A stretch of 64,000 bases of DNA from Octopus sinensis (taxonomy: Eukaryota). Below are positions 26,297-38,741 of the stretch, in pieces (position 1 is the stretch's first letter; each line of letters begins with the position of its first letter). Under the pieces are notes generated by a model that was not told the DNA's origin, made no database searches, and worked only from the letters and a program-made list of their open reading frames with translations. The stretch covers positions 113,398,001 through 113,462,000 of the forward strand of contig NC_043003.1 in NCBI RefSeq assembly GCF_006345805.1, written 5' to 3'. A program made the translations under genes and the position numbers.

Positions 26297-27248
26297 ATAA
26301 TAATAATAATAATAGTAATAATTTAGGCTCATAACATCAACTCGATTTAATTGTAAATAAAACTACTTTCTCTATTAACTCCAGGGGTTGACAAAATTGA
26401 GAACAGTATAGGACAATACAGTGTGGTATTACATAAAAAACATGTAGAAAATGAAAAGAACAAAATTCCCCAAAATGAGAGACCTCCATGGGCTATTGTT
26501 GAAAACCCTAATCTACAGGTACATACTCACGGCAGGCCAGGTCATTTGGATTTAGGTTCATCATTCACCCACCTTTCAACAAATTTGCTAAGAGGCAACA
26601 CTTCATTCTCCATTCCCATATTTCTTTTCAAGAGAACTTGATGAGATTTAGACCAAAGAGGAAGTTTTCCTTCGACCCTTTCAAGCTTGTTTACCACATA
26701 ACACCTTTCATCAGAGTCACTGGACAATGACTGCCTACTGGTTCATAAAAGGGAGGCGCTAGTATGATCTTTACAATAGAGTCATCTGAGATCTGAATCC
26801 ATCCTCTTACATATGGCAGCAGGGGTTAGATATATAACTCTACAAGTCAGCAATGCTCCGGCCCTGGACACAGAATACGTACAGAAAAAGGTTCTCATTG
26901 CCTGGACATCAATGAGAAACTCGGCTGATTTCATTCATTTGATAAGAGGGATATTAGAAAGACGGTTTACAGTTTATGTAGGGATTTACATAACGAGATG
27001 CAAGAGAGGGAGAACAATTGCATATTGATATTGGAAACAACACTAGCTACAACAATACAGCTCCCCCATCCTCCCGAAAGAGAAAAAAAAAACAAAAAGA
27101 AACTTCCAGTTCTTCTTTCAGCTTGGACATTAACCATTCACATCAAATATCTTCAGCTCAATCAATTTCACAATAAACGAAAAGCCATTGGGAAACGTCA
27201 GAAGAAGAAGACAGCATCTTTTAAATAAAATGTCCTTATTGCAATATC

Positions 27249-27638
27249 TTGTTTCAGTCATTTGACTGCGGCCATGCTGGAGCAACGCCTTTAATCGAGC
27301 AACTCGACCCCAGGACTTATTCTTTTGTAAGCCCAGTACTTATTCTATCGGTCCCTTTTGCCGAACCGCTAAGTAACGCAGACATAAACACACCAGCATC
27401 GGTTGTCAAGCAATGCTAGGGGGACAAACACAAACACACACATGCATATATATATATATATACATACATATATACGACGGGCTTCTTTCAGTTTCCATCT
27501 ACCAAATCCACTCACAAGGCTTTGGTCGGCCCGAGGCTATAGTAGAAGACACTTGCCCAAGGTGCCACGCAGTGGGACTGAACCCAGAACCATGTGGTTG
27601 GTAAACAAGCTACTTACCACACAGCCACTCCTGCACCT
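27249..27638 (-). mobile_element. SINE family 1 copy with rearranged tail
   Basis: Reverse complement of family 1; 12-bp direct repeat tattgcaatatc at 27237-27248 and 27679-27690. Confidence 0.88.
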
Positions 27639-27898
27639 ATGCAATACTCTCTTTTACTCATAAAAGAGTAAAAGAGAGTATTGCAATATCCGTTACCGTT
27701 TGTTGTTCTTCAAACTGGCAGCATCTTTTCTTTTTCCATTCCCCTCCTCTTTAATTTGATATCGCCTGCCCTGCCCCCACGTGGGCATTTTATACATTTC
27801 GTTGATTGTTTTTCAGTCTTTCAGTGATATATTTTGGTATTAAATATATTTTCTTCTCTTGACCAAACAAGTAATCAGTGTGTGTGTGTGTGTGTGTG

Positions 27899-27940
<42 letters not shown>

Positions 27941-28043
27941 TAGATAGATATATGTAGGTATATATATATATGTGTGTATGTGTGTGTGTGTCTGTGTATA
28001 TATTATATATATGTGCGTGTATGTATATGTGTGTGTGTATGCA

Positions 28044-28078
<35 letters not shown>

Positions 28079-28189
28079 GTGTGTGTGTGTGTATGTGTAT
28101 ATATATATATATATATAATATATATATATATAATATATATATATATAATATATATATATATATACATGTGTGTGTGTGTGTGTGTGTGT

Positions 28190-28464
28190 GACAACCTGGC
28201 CACTGGTGGTGGTTTTAGACACCATACTAATCATATCTGTCGGGCATGTGGAAGAGAGTGTAATTTGGCAGGAGGACTTAAACGACATGCAAAGGTACAT
28301 GAAGCCCAGTTACAACTACAGCCGGCTATTGCCGGTAAAGGTTTTAGTTGCCAATTTTGTACAAGACATTGTAGATCTTTAGCTGGGCTAAAAAGTCACA
28401 TTCGATCACAGCACCGGTAACAGTTAAGCTTCGTGCAATGGCCATACTCGATAATGAGGGGGTA

Positions 28465-28470
<6 letters not shown>
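28190..28470 (+). mobile_element. 3' end of an RTE-type LINE with two C2H2 fingers
   Basis: [21 protein letters not shown] and CQFCTRHCRSLAGLKSHIRSQH, then a stop and a short UTR. No supported start or splice sites; embedded in microsatellite. Confidence 0.6.
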
Positions 28471-28495
<25 letters not shown>

Positions 28496-28531
28496 AATGA
28501 AAGAATGGAGTCGAACGACGATTTAACAAAA

Positions 28532-28630
28532 TTCCTTTATTCTCGACACATGTTTCGAAGACGGCATATTCTTAATTCCGAAGGAATAAAGGGTGCATTA
28601 TGCTGTCTTCTCATCAGGAAAGACAAGGAA
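28532..28630 (-). ncRNA. Type I hammerhead ribozyme motif, complete core, long stem II
   Basis: Minus strand: ttccttgtctttc-CTGATGA-gaagac.a.gcata...tatgc.c.gtcttc-GAAA-catgtg-TC-gagaataaaggaa. Bipartite stem I; GUC cleavage triplet. Confidence 0.75.
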
Positions 28631-28688
28631 CTTATGTCAGCATCATGACGAACAAAAACTTTTAGATGATGCCCACACGGAGTCCATA

Positions 28689-28757
<69 letters not shown>

Positions 28758-29934
28758 GCACATATGTATATAATATCTACACAGACTATGAACCTATATT
28801 TTGAAAATACTAAGCACACACAAAACATAGGTTCGTAGTTTTATATAATGAAACCTGCTGATAGAAACCTCCATATAAGGATGAATTAAACTGTGTCTAT
28901 GTGATAAATAATGTTGTGTTGTTCATGCCTGTTTTCAAAGAAGAACAAAAAAGAAATAATTCAATCAACCATCACTCTACCCCCCGCCCCACCACATACA
29001 CACATTTTAACATTACTAGAACTTTCTCTAAAACCTCTTGTGCCTACCAACAATTTTTTCCAAAGAACAACTGAAGCAGCAGTGACAGGACGATACTGGT
29101 GACGGCCACCAAACCCATTTTGTCTTCATTTAGTATGGAAACCAATCCAAGGTCTAATGGTGCTACCATACTACAAGCATTGCACAGTCATCAGCAGCAT
29201 GATGGCCAACACATCACATTAACCATTGATATTGAAAACAACAACTGCAACAAAACAGCACTGCCCCCCCCCCCCCCGAAAGAAAAACAAACAAAAAAAA
29301 CCTTCCAGTTCTTCTTTCAGCTTGAACATTAACTATTCAATACTAATTGTTTGCATGACTGATCAAATAGTAATCAATAGTGCTGGTCTGGTTGGTTGGT
29401 TGGTTGGTTGGCTGGCTGGCTGGCTGGTAGGAGAGGGGGTGTAAGCAGGGGGGTTGGGGGTGGGAATGCAGAAATCAATATGAATGTGGGGTGTCGAGAT
29501 GGGGGAGGATAGAAAACTACAAATAAAAAAAAATATATAAAGACATGAAGATACATGTTAAACAACAAACAGAAGAATGTTGTGCTTTGTGGTGTTGTTG
29601 TTGTTGTTGTTGTTGTTTGTATTGCTGGTAGTTGCAGTTGTTTGTGCTGATTGTGTTGTTTTTGTCGAGAGAGGAATAAAACGGTTTTTATAGAATCGAG
29701 GCAAAGGAAATATTCTGGTATGACAACAACCTCGAAACACTGCCATAAACTAGTCTTTCATTTGTTTTATTTAATATAGTGCAGTGTAGAACAGTGGTGA
29801 TGGAGTGTAGGGGGTGGGGGTCATGGCATTGTTGTTATTTAATTGCAAGCACCTGATTGATCGGATCAACCATCAAAGTCAGTCAAACATTGACCAATCA
29901 TTTTTTTAAAGCTTATGTAAGATAACCATTACCT

Positions 29935-30346
29935 ATTTCTTTATTACCCACAAGGGGCTAAACACAGAGGGAACAAACAAGGACAGACATAGGTATTAAG
30001 TCGATTACATCGATCCCAGTGCGTAACTGGTACTTAATTTATCGACCCCGAAAGGATGAAAGGCAAAGTCGACCTCGGTGGAATTTGAACTCAGAACGTG
30101 ATGGCAGGCGAAATACCTATTTCTTTAATACCCACAAGGGGCTAAACACAGAGGGGACAAACAAGGACAGACATAGGTATTAAGTCGATTACATCGACCC
30201 CAGTGCATAACTGGTACTTAATTTATCGACCCTGAAAGGACGAAAGGCAAAGTCGACCTCGGCGGAATTTGAACTCACAACATAACGCAGACGAAATACC
30301 GCTAAGCATTTCGCCAGGCGTGCTAACGTTTCTGCCAGCTCACCGC
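29935..30346 (-). mobile_element. tRNA-derived SINE, family 2, with duplicated 3' half and 23-bp target-site duplication
   Basis: Head ggcggtgagctggcagaaacgttagc..gagttcaaattcc; segment tatttct..gaaatac occurs twice; cttatgtaagataaccattacct at 29912-29934 and 30347-30369. Old relatives at 4770-4890 and 21545-21705. Confidence 0.88.
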
Positions 30347-32083
30347 CTTATGTAAGATAACCATTACCTGATGTAGCTTTCCCAAGATGGCTGGATGAGA
30401 TTTTGCTATCATTTTATAGCAGATTCAACATAAAAGAGCCAAATAAAAGACCCACAAATGTAGCTTGGTCTAGAGTCTATGCTGTTGATGCTCCAGACCA
30501 ATCTTCTTTCGGTAGACACATGACCAAAGACAATCCAGCTGGAATAATCTCTTCTGTTGGTTCCCATTATGCAATGTGTCCATCATTTCCTAAAAAGGTT
30601 AGGCTTCATTTGAGAGAAATCTGACAGCCATTTCTAGCAGTTATAGTGACTACAAAGAGCTCCTTCATTGTTACAGTTAGTCTAATGTAATAGTGTACTG
30701 TAGAAGTGTAAACTGATGCTTGGAGCTTTCTTGATATGGCCTCCACTGATTATTCTATCACGTTTCAACAGTGCTACTCTCATCAAGAAGAGGAGCTCAG
30801 GTGATGTGAAACCTGCATCCTAGATTTCAATCTACTTTCAAACAGATTCACCTGCATTGCTGATGTTTAGGATAAATATTTCGCTGTAACAACATTCCAC
30901 CCGACTCAGCTACCCTTTCAAAATAAAACATCCTTGTTCCAACTCAAAATCCAAACTTATATAGAGTTATCTAAACGTTCACAAATCAAGCATTTTATTT
31001 ATTCTGCTTTAAAAACGTTTCACCACAACCGAAAAGCAAAGATGTAGAAGAGGGAAAACAGTCACTCTGCTCAATGCAATGACTTAATGGGAGGAAAATT
31101 ATTTTCTGCATATACAAGCCATTTGGGGGAAGAGTAAGTTTGAATGCAAATCACTTCAGTGCTGCAACAGGCCATCTCTCGAGTAATGCAACATTAAATA
31201 GCGGGTGGGTGGGTGGGGGGGATAATATCATAGATATAACGAAGTTGGACGTCGTCGCTCCCATGATCGATTTTGTGAAACACCTATATATATATTTTAT
31301 ATATATACTTTTATATATATATATATAAGAATGAATGTTTTTATATATAATGAACGTGAAATACAGGAAGGGACGAACACGGAACACAGACAAATCATTC
31401 GAAGCCTTCAATCTTCAGTCAGACACCGAATCATCATAGCAAATTTCGGCTGTTCAATTCTGATATTTGCTCCAACTCGGCCAGCCCCAAGAAAAAAAAC
31501 TAAGCTGTAAGCATTAGATTTCTTGGTAGAAGACAGGAATGTGAACGCACAAGACGGATGTAAATACAAGAGACGAAAACGAAATTGAAAACAGTAATGA
31601 ATAAACAAAATATATAACGGTGGTTGTCATACGACTTTAGACCAAATGAGACAGAAACAAACAACAACATAGCAGCTGGCGTAGAAATAATACCGTTTAC
31701 CGGTGCGGGCGGGGACACATGTTGGTCGAGATACGATGGCCAACAGAATGGTTAAGAAAGCAGGTTGCAGGAGAGAGAGAAGAGAGACAGAGAGAGGAAT
31801 CAAAGAGGGTGGAACAACAGACCAAGAGGGTGGAAGGCAGGGACAGAATCAGTGACCAAGAGAAAAAGGAGAAAGAAGGAAAAGGGAGGAGGATGGGAGG
31901 AAGAGGGGAGGAGGATGGGAGGAAGAGGGGGAAGAAGAATCGGAGGGCGCCAAAATAGTTTGGTGAAGAAGCAATGGCGGGTAGGAAAGACAGTGTGTAT
32001 AGAAGTCGTTGCAGGGTTTAAAATTGGAAAAACCAACGGGGGGGAGCACGTAACGCCGCAATAATATAAGAATGAATGTTTTA

Positions 32084-32127
<44 letters not shown>

Positions 32128-32151
32128 GTGTGTATGGGTGGGTATATATAT

Positions 32152-32196
<45 letters not shown>

Positions 32197-32282
32197 GTTT
32201 GTGTATCTACATATGTGTGTGTGTGTGTGTATATATCATAATTTATATATATATTTATATATACATACATATATATGTATAT

Positions 32283-32721
32283 CTTTACTCTTTTACTTGT
32301 TTCAGCCATTTGACTGGGGTCATGCTGGAGCACTGCCTTTAGTTGAGCAAATTGCCCCCGGGACTTATTTTTTGTAAGCCTAGTACTTAATCTATCGGTC
32401 TCTTATACTGAACCGCTAAGTTACGGGGACGTAAACGCACCAGCATCATTTGTCAAGTGATGTTGGGAGGGGGGGGCAAACACAGACACAAACGTGCATA
32501 CATACACACACACACATATATATATATATACATGCACACACACACACACAAATATACAATGGGCTTCTTTCAGTTTCCATCTACAAAATCCACTCACAAG
32601 GCTTTGGTTGGCCTGAGGCTATAGTAGAAGACACTTGCCCAAGGTGCCACGCAGTGGGACTGAACCAACCTGGAACCATGTGATTCGTAAACAAGCTACT
32701 TACCACACAGCCACTCCTATG

Positions 32722-32723
<2 letters not shown>
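32283..32723 (-). mobile_element. SINE family 1 copy; further copies at 38108-38528 (+, diverged), 54706-55031 (-), partial 16883-16990 (-) and 25195-25345 (-)
   Basis: Same head, core and tail by direct comparison. Confidence 0.85.
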
Positions 32724-32761
<38 letters not shown>

Positions 32762-32894
32762 TCATAATTTTGAAATATCTATAAAACCATCAAAAGCTTG
32801 TTTATTTTTTGTTTTTTTTTATTTATTATTAGTGTTGCTTAATATGTTTTGTCAAAATTGATGTTTCTTTCCAGATATCATGAGTAAAAGGTAA

Positions 32895-33750
32895 TTTAAA
32901 CTCATTAAAATGACAGATCTATCTGACTTTCAAAGAGGTCAGATTGTTGGTGCTCATATGGCAGGCACTAGCATAGCAAAAACAGCCAAAATGTTTGGTG
33001 TATCAAGAAGTACTACCTTGAAAGTAATGACAGCCTTTGAGAAAGAGGGAAAAAAACCTCCTTGTCGAAACAAAACTCTGGAAGAAAACCAAAACTTTCA
33101 GATAGGGACCATCAGACTCTTACATGAATTGTTAGAAAGGATCACAAAAGTACAGCTCCCAAAATTACTGCAGAGCTTAATGACCACCTAGAGAACCCAG
33201 TTTCCACAAAAACTGTTCGCCGGGAGCTGCACAAAGCTAGAATTCACGAGAGGGCTGCAAGCAGAAAACCACTACTTTCAAAAGCAAACGTTGCAAAGCG
33301 TTTAGAGTGGAGTAAAAACCTACAGAATTGGTCCCTAGAGAAGTTGAAGAATGTTATTTTCTCGGACGAGTCATCTTTTACTTCCTTTCCATCCACTGGC
33401 CAAGTATATGCATGGAGACCACCAAAAGAAGCATTTGACCGAAAATGCCTTCTTCCAACTGTGGAGATCTGTGATGATCTGGGGGGATCTATATCTTGGA
33501 AATCCACTGGGCCAGTAGTTTCCCTTCATGGCAGAATCAATAGCCAAGATTATTTCAGCATTTTATCTGATCACATTCATCCTATGGTTGCGGAACTGTT
33601 TCCGGAGGGAAACACAATCTTTTAGGATGATAATGCACCAACACACACAGCTACAGTTGTTACTGAATGGCACGAGGAACATTCTAGTGAAGTTGAACAT
33701 CTTATCTGGCCACCACAGTGCCCAGATTTCAATATTATTGAACATACAGT
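32895..33750 (+). mobile_element. Tc1-family transposase remnant
   Basis: MTDLSDFQRGQIVG (HTH), VIFSDES, F*DDNAPTH and WPPQCPDFNIIEH; frameshifts and a stop. Confidence 0.88.
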
Positions 33751-33809
33751 TCTATATTTAAGAGATGAGGAATTATGCACATTATTTACATTATTCAAAA
33801 TTTCCCCAA

Positions 33810-33855
33810 GACACCTGATGAAGGCTGGAGGGTATATCAGCTGAAACGTTATGTT
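33810..33855 (+). ncRNA. Minimal hammerhead motif (Penelope-type), stem I partly decayed
   Basis: acac-CTGATGA-a-ggctg...cagct-GAAA-CGT-T-atgtt, with the ACGT palindromic stem III. Confidence 0.5.
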
Positions 33856-34518
33856 AACAACAAACAAGATGAGGACAAATATCCGTCAAATGTAAATAAT
33901 TATCGAACATTTATGATGCATTTTACAAAAACAAGAAATGAGTCGATATCCACTACTTTTGCATCATTGGCGTAGCTGGTGACTGGACTCTCCTACCTTT
34001 CACAAGAGATGACACAGGTAGTAGTTTCCCATATATTTGTACTTTGGTTGGATGACGCTTCCATGAGAGATTTTGAGCTCTCATAAGAATCCTGCACAAA
34101 TGATTTAGGAACGGAAAGCTGAGTTGCTTCCATTGTTTGCCAAGGCATTTTCCAGTATTTCTCTTGTTATTACTACTGGGTCATGTTTTTCTCCTCCTCC
34201 TCCTCATCATCATCATTATCATGGCTTCTAATATTTCTTGTTATTAATATTTCAATGTTGTTATTAATTTCATATGATTTTCTTATACAGGCCAGTCCAG
34301 CTATAATATTTTGTGTACTGAATTTAAATCAATAAATATCAATGCAACGGGAGCTGATTGGATGTCTATGGGTATCGGAGACATTTTTAAGAGCTTCTAT
34401 GAAATTTGTATAGATACAAAGAAGAATGGACACATGCCAAATATCTCTTTAACAAATTTGAAGCTTAAAAACACATTTATTGTGTCTAAAGTTGGATGTG
34501 TGCAAACATAAATATGTG

Positions 34519-34580
<62 letters not shown>

Positions 34581-34653
34581 TGTGTGTGAGTGTGTGTATA
34601 GGGTGTGTGTGTGTGTGTGTTGAGTGTGTGTATAGGGTGTGTGTGTGTGTGTG

Positions 34654-35546
34654 TAAAGGGTGTGGTGAATAAACTGTAGTCTAAATTACACAAAAATGAA
34701 AATTACCCTGACATCTCGTTTTAACATATATTCACCAAAATTACTTTAAAATATCTTGAAATACTAAAGAGTAAATTTATTCAACAAAATTGCCATTGGC
34801 TTCAACCACGGCCTCCAGACGACTTTGGAATCTCCTGCAACACTTCTGGAATGGTCTTCTTGTTTAAGTTGGTGAATGCTGTCGTAATCCTTGCCTTTAA
34901 TTCATCTTTGGAATTATAAGGTGTTTTGTTGGTCTCTCACTCAACTGTACCTCACACATAATAATCAAAGGGTTTGCAGTCTGGCGAGTTAGGTGGCCAG
35001 ATGTTAGGGTTGATGTCGTCGTAGAAATTGTCTGACAACCATGACTGGGTTCTCCTGTTTGTGTGGCATGGTGCAGAGTCCTGTTGCCAGAAATAGGGTC
35101 TTCCAGCTGCCACCCTCTTGACCCAGGGCAGCATCACCTCCTCCAGGCACTTGATGTTGACCCCCGTATTGAGTCTGAAGCTATGTGGGAAGATGAAAGG
35201 AGACATAATCTCACCATCACTAGTGATCACTCCAAACATCATGATGTTGACTGGATGTTTGATTTTTTATCATTCTTGGTACATGCCCTCAGATTGTTCA
35301 AGTCCTCAGACTGACCCCAAAACACTCTGAAATGTTCCAATTAGAGCTTCTGGCTCAAATGCCAAACAGTACAGTATGTCATTTCCAAATTTCTGGCAGA
35401 GTGAATAGTGTCACGGTGCTGCTTTTCTCACAGACAGTTCCAAACTGACTTTACTAAACTATATAGTCAACAAAATTAAAGACAAACAATGCACAAACAC
35501 AAAAGAAAAAAATAAAATGGTGACAATTTACCCACCACACCCTGTA
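34654..35546 (-). mobile_element. Internally deleted mariner-like (DD37D/maT-like) element with both TIRs
   Basis: QQDSAPCH..WPPNSPDCKPFDYYV; TIRs taaagggtgtggtgaataaactgt (34654) and tacagggtgtggtgggtaaattgt (35546, reverse). Confidence 0.78.
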
Positions 35547-35586
35547 TTATATATATATGTTATATATATATATATATGAAACAATA

Positions 35587-35795
35587 ATAAATCTCTGAAC
35601 GAGATATAAACAGTAACCGCTCGACAACGTAAGGTGTATTAGCCATCTGAATGTGGGTAGCCACTGGGGGTGGGGTGATCGCCTGGGGCTAAAAGCATCA
35701 GTAACACCCCACCCCCAGTGGCTAGCCACATTCAGATGGCTAATACACCTTACGTTGTCGAGCGGTTACTGTTTATATCTCGTTCAGAGATTTAT
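35587..35795. repeat. Foldback element: 91-bp inverted arms (1 mismatch), 27-nt spacer
   Basis: Arms 35587-35677 and 35705-35795 compared base by base; flanked by (TA)n. Confidence 0.92.
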
Positions 35796-36261
35796 ATTGT
35801 TTTATATAATATATATATATATTATATTAATATATGATTATATGATATATATATAGTATAAATATATAATATAGTTATATATGAATATATATATATAATA
35901 TTATAGTAAATTCATGTGAGTCATCTAAGAGATCATAAGTCAGGGAAGAGATGCATTCATATATCTGTTAGTAGAGTGGTTAGATCATCTTAAAAGTAGA
36001 GTATTAAATATCTGTCACGTAAAGAGGAGAATGGAGTGTTAGGTAACAATCCGATTATATTCCCTTCCATATCAGCTATCTCTGATGAGCGTAAAGTTAT
36101 ATAATCGGATTGTTACCTAACATTCCATTGTATTCTTTACAGGAAACTGATTGGTAAGATCAGTTGTGATGGATATTTAATACTATAGATTTTTGGATAA
36201 TATATATATATTATATATATATATATCATCATCATCATCATCGTCAGCTGTGGTTAAGCAA

Positions 36262-36990
36262 ACCATCCGTTCGTGTCCGTTGCCAGCCCCGCCTGGCCCC
36301 CGTGTCGGTGGCACATAAAAGTACCATCCGTTCGTGTCCGTTGCCAGCCTCGCCTGGCCCCCGTGCCGGTGACACGTAAAAGCACCATCTGTTTGTGTCC
36401 GTTGCCAGCCTCACCTGGCCCCCGTGCCAGTGACACGTAAAAGCACCATTCATTCGTGGCCGTTGCCAGCTCTGTCTGGCCCTCGTGTTGGTGGCATGTA
36501 AAAGCACCATCCGTTCGTGTCCGTTGCCAGCCCCGCCTGGCCCCCGTGCCGGTGACATGTAAAAGCACCATCCATTCATGGCCGTTGCCAGCTCTGTCTG
36601 GCCCCCGTGTCGGTGGCACGTAAAAGCACCATCCATTCGTGTCCGTTGCCAGCCTCGCCTGGCCCCCGTGCCGGTGACATGTAAAAGCACCATCCATTCG
36701 TGGCTGTTTGCCAACTCTGTCTGGCCTCCGTGTCGGTGGCACGTAAAAGCACCATCCGTTCGTGTCCGTTGCCAGCCTCGCCTGGCCCCCGTGCCGGTGA
36801 CACGTAAAAGCACCATCCGTTCGTGGCCGTTTGCCAGGTCTGGCCCCCGTGTCGGTGGCATGTAAAAGCACCATCTGTTCGTGTCCGTTGCCAGCATCGC
36901 CTGGCCCCATGCCGGTGACACGTAAAAGCTCCATCCGTTCGTGGCCGTTTGCCAGCTCTGTCTGGCACCTGTGCGGGTGGCACGTAAAAA
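36262..36990 (+). repeat. Minisatellite: 12 units of 58-62 bp inside an RTE 3' UTR
   Basis: Unit accatccgttcgtgtccgttgccagcctcgcctggcccccgtgccggtgacacgtaaaagc; starts counted at 36262, 36323, 36384, 36445, 36506, 36567, 36628, 36689, 36751, 36812, 36870, 36930; runs directly into the RTE terminal module. Confidence 0.93.
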
Positions 36991-38709
36991 GCACCCACTA
37001 CACTCACGGAGTGGTTGGCGTTAGGAAGGGCATCCAGCTGTAGAAACACAGCCAGATCTGACTGGGCCTGACGAAGCCTTCCAGCTTCACAGACCCCAGT
37101 TGAACCGTCCAACCCATGCTAGCATGGAAAGCGAACGCTAAATGATGATGATGTTGATGATGATATATATATATATATATATATATACTGTTAATACTTT
37201 GCATGTACCACATCCTCGCGTTGTTTTTTTCTTGTCCTTTTTCCCCGTTTTTTGGATTAATTATATATCTCACTCCCTCTCAACATATATATCATCATCA
37301 TGGTTATTGTTTAACGTCCGTTTTCCATGCTAGCATAGGTTGGAAAGTTCAACTGGGGTCTGGAAATCCAGGAGGCTGCACCAGGCTCCAGTCTGATCTG
37401 GCAGTGTATCTACAGCTGGATGCCCTTCCTAATGCCAACCATTCCGAGAGTGTAGTGGGTGATTTTACGTGCTACCAGCACAGGAGCCAGAGGAGGCTGA
37501 CATCGACCACGATCAGATGGTGCTTTTTATGTGCCACCAGCACAAAAGCCAGTCAAAGTGGCACTGGCATCAGCCGCATACATAGAGAGAGAGAGTGAGA
37601 AGGAGAGAGAAAGAGACAGACAGACAGATTGATAAATAAATGCATATGCCTTATGGGAAAGGCATGCATAGGAAATCACATCTTCAGGTGGATGAGAGGT
37701 TCCAGTCACAGTAACCAAGTTTAAGTGCCTAAGGGGTATAAGGCTGGAGGGGGAAGGGCACGCAATACTGCTTCCTGTCTCACCTTCTCTCTCTCTCTCA
37801 GATATTCACATTCAATTCAGGCATATTTATAGCTTGTATTTCTAGTTTTCGTGTCTGAGGCTAAGTTTGCTGGTGCAGTCTGCCCTTATGAGGGTCATAC
37901 ATGGATTGCATCTTTAGTATGACATCATGTATTGCCAAGTGCTGAAGCACAGGTCAGATAAAGGAGTGGTGTGCCAGGTTTGGGGCCCATGTTCTCACAT
38001 ACAAAACACCTAGTACAATCATGGATTAGCATTAAGAAGGGCATCCAGTCACAGAAACCAAAGCAGACACAGAATCTGGTCTATATATTGTGTATATATT
38101 CACAATAGGTGCAGGTATGGCTGTGTGGTTTGAAGTTTGCTTCTCAACAACTTGGTGCCAGTTTCAGTTTTACTGCATGGTACCTTGGGCAAGCGTTTCC
38201 CACCTTATCAAAGCCTTGTCAGTGGAAGAGTAGATTTGGTAGATGGAAACTGAAATAAGTCCACTGCATGCATGTGTATATATGCATGTATGTGCGTGTG
38301 TGTTTCTGTGTGCGTATATGTATATATGTGTGTGCGGGTTTGTGTCTATGTTTGTCCCTCACCACCATGTGATAACCATTGTTTGTGTATTTATGTCCAG
38401 CATAACTTAGTAGTTTGTCAAAAGAGACTGACAGAGTAAGTACCAGGTTTTTAAAACAAACAACTTCTTCAAGATCGTACCCCAGCATGGCCACAGTTTA
38501 ATGAATGAAACAAGTAAAAGATATAAAGGATATATATATATATATATATATATATAATAATAAATATATATATATATATTAATATATATATAATATATAT
38601 AATATATATATGAATATATATATATAATATAAATATTTATAATATATATATAATATATAATATATATATAATATATATATTAATATATATAATATATAAA
38701 TATAAATAA

Positions 38710-38741
<32 letters not shown>

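Noticed and set aside
26690-26725. CTGATGA...GAAA..TC on minus as a hammerhead
   Set aside because: Stem I does not pair and stem III cannot form; likely chance.
26525-27000. Sense-strand consensus donor GCC|gtgagt at 26531/26530 and ORF 26542..26727 as an extra teneurin exon
   Set aside because: All three frames have stops shortly before the donor, there is no teneurin similarity, and the flanking exons already join seamlessly. A weak QGRSIAD motif might reflect a decayed L1/Tx1 but is insufficient.
28170-28420. Two C2H2 fingers as a host zinc-finger gene
   Set aside because: No start or splice support, entered from microsatellite, and followed by a LINE-like short UTR; better explained as an RTE C-terminus.
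33940-33995. TSYANDAKV on minus as an RT active-site remnant
   Set aside because: Too short, with no flanking RT motifs in any frame.
36244-37112. 225, 246 and 178 aa repetitive ORFs, and a CRISPR-like look of the array
   Set aside because: Head-to-tail 61-bp units with no unique spacers and no cas genes; contiguous with an RTE 3' UTR; the ORFs come from a GC-rich repeat.
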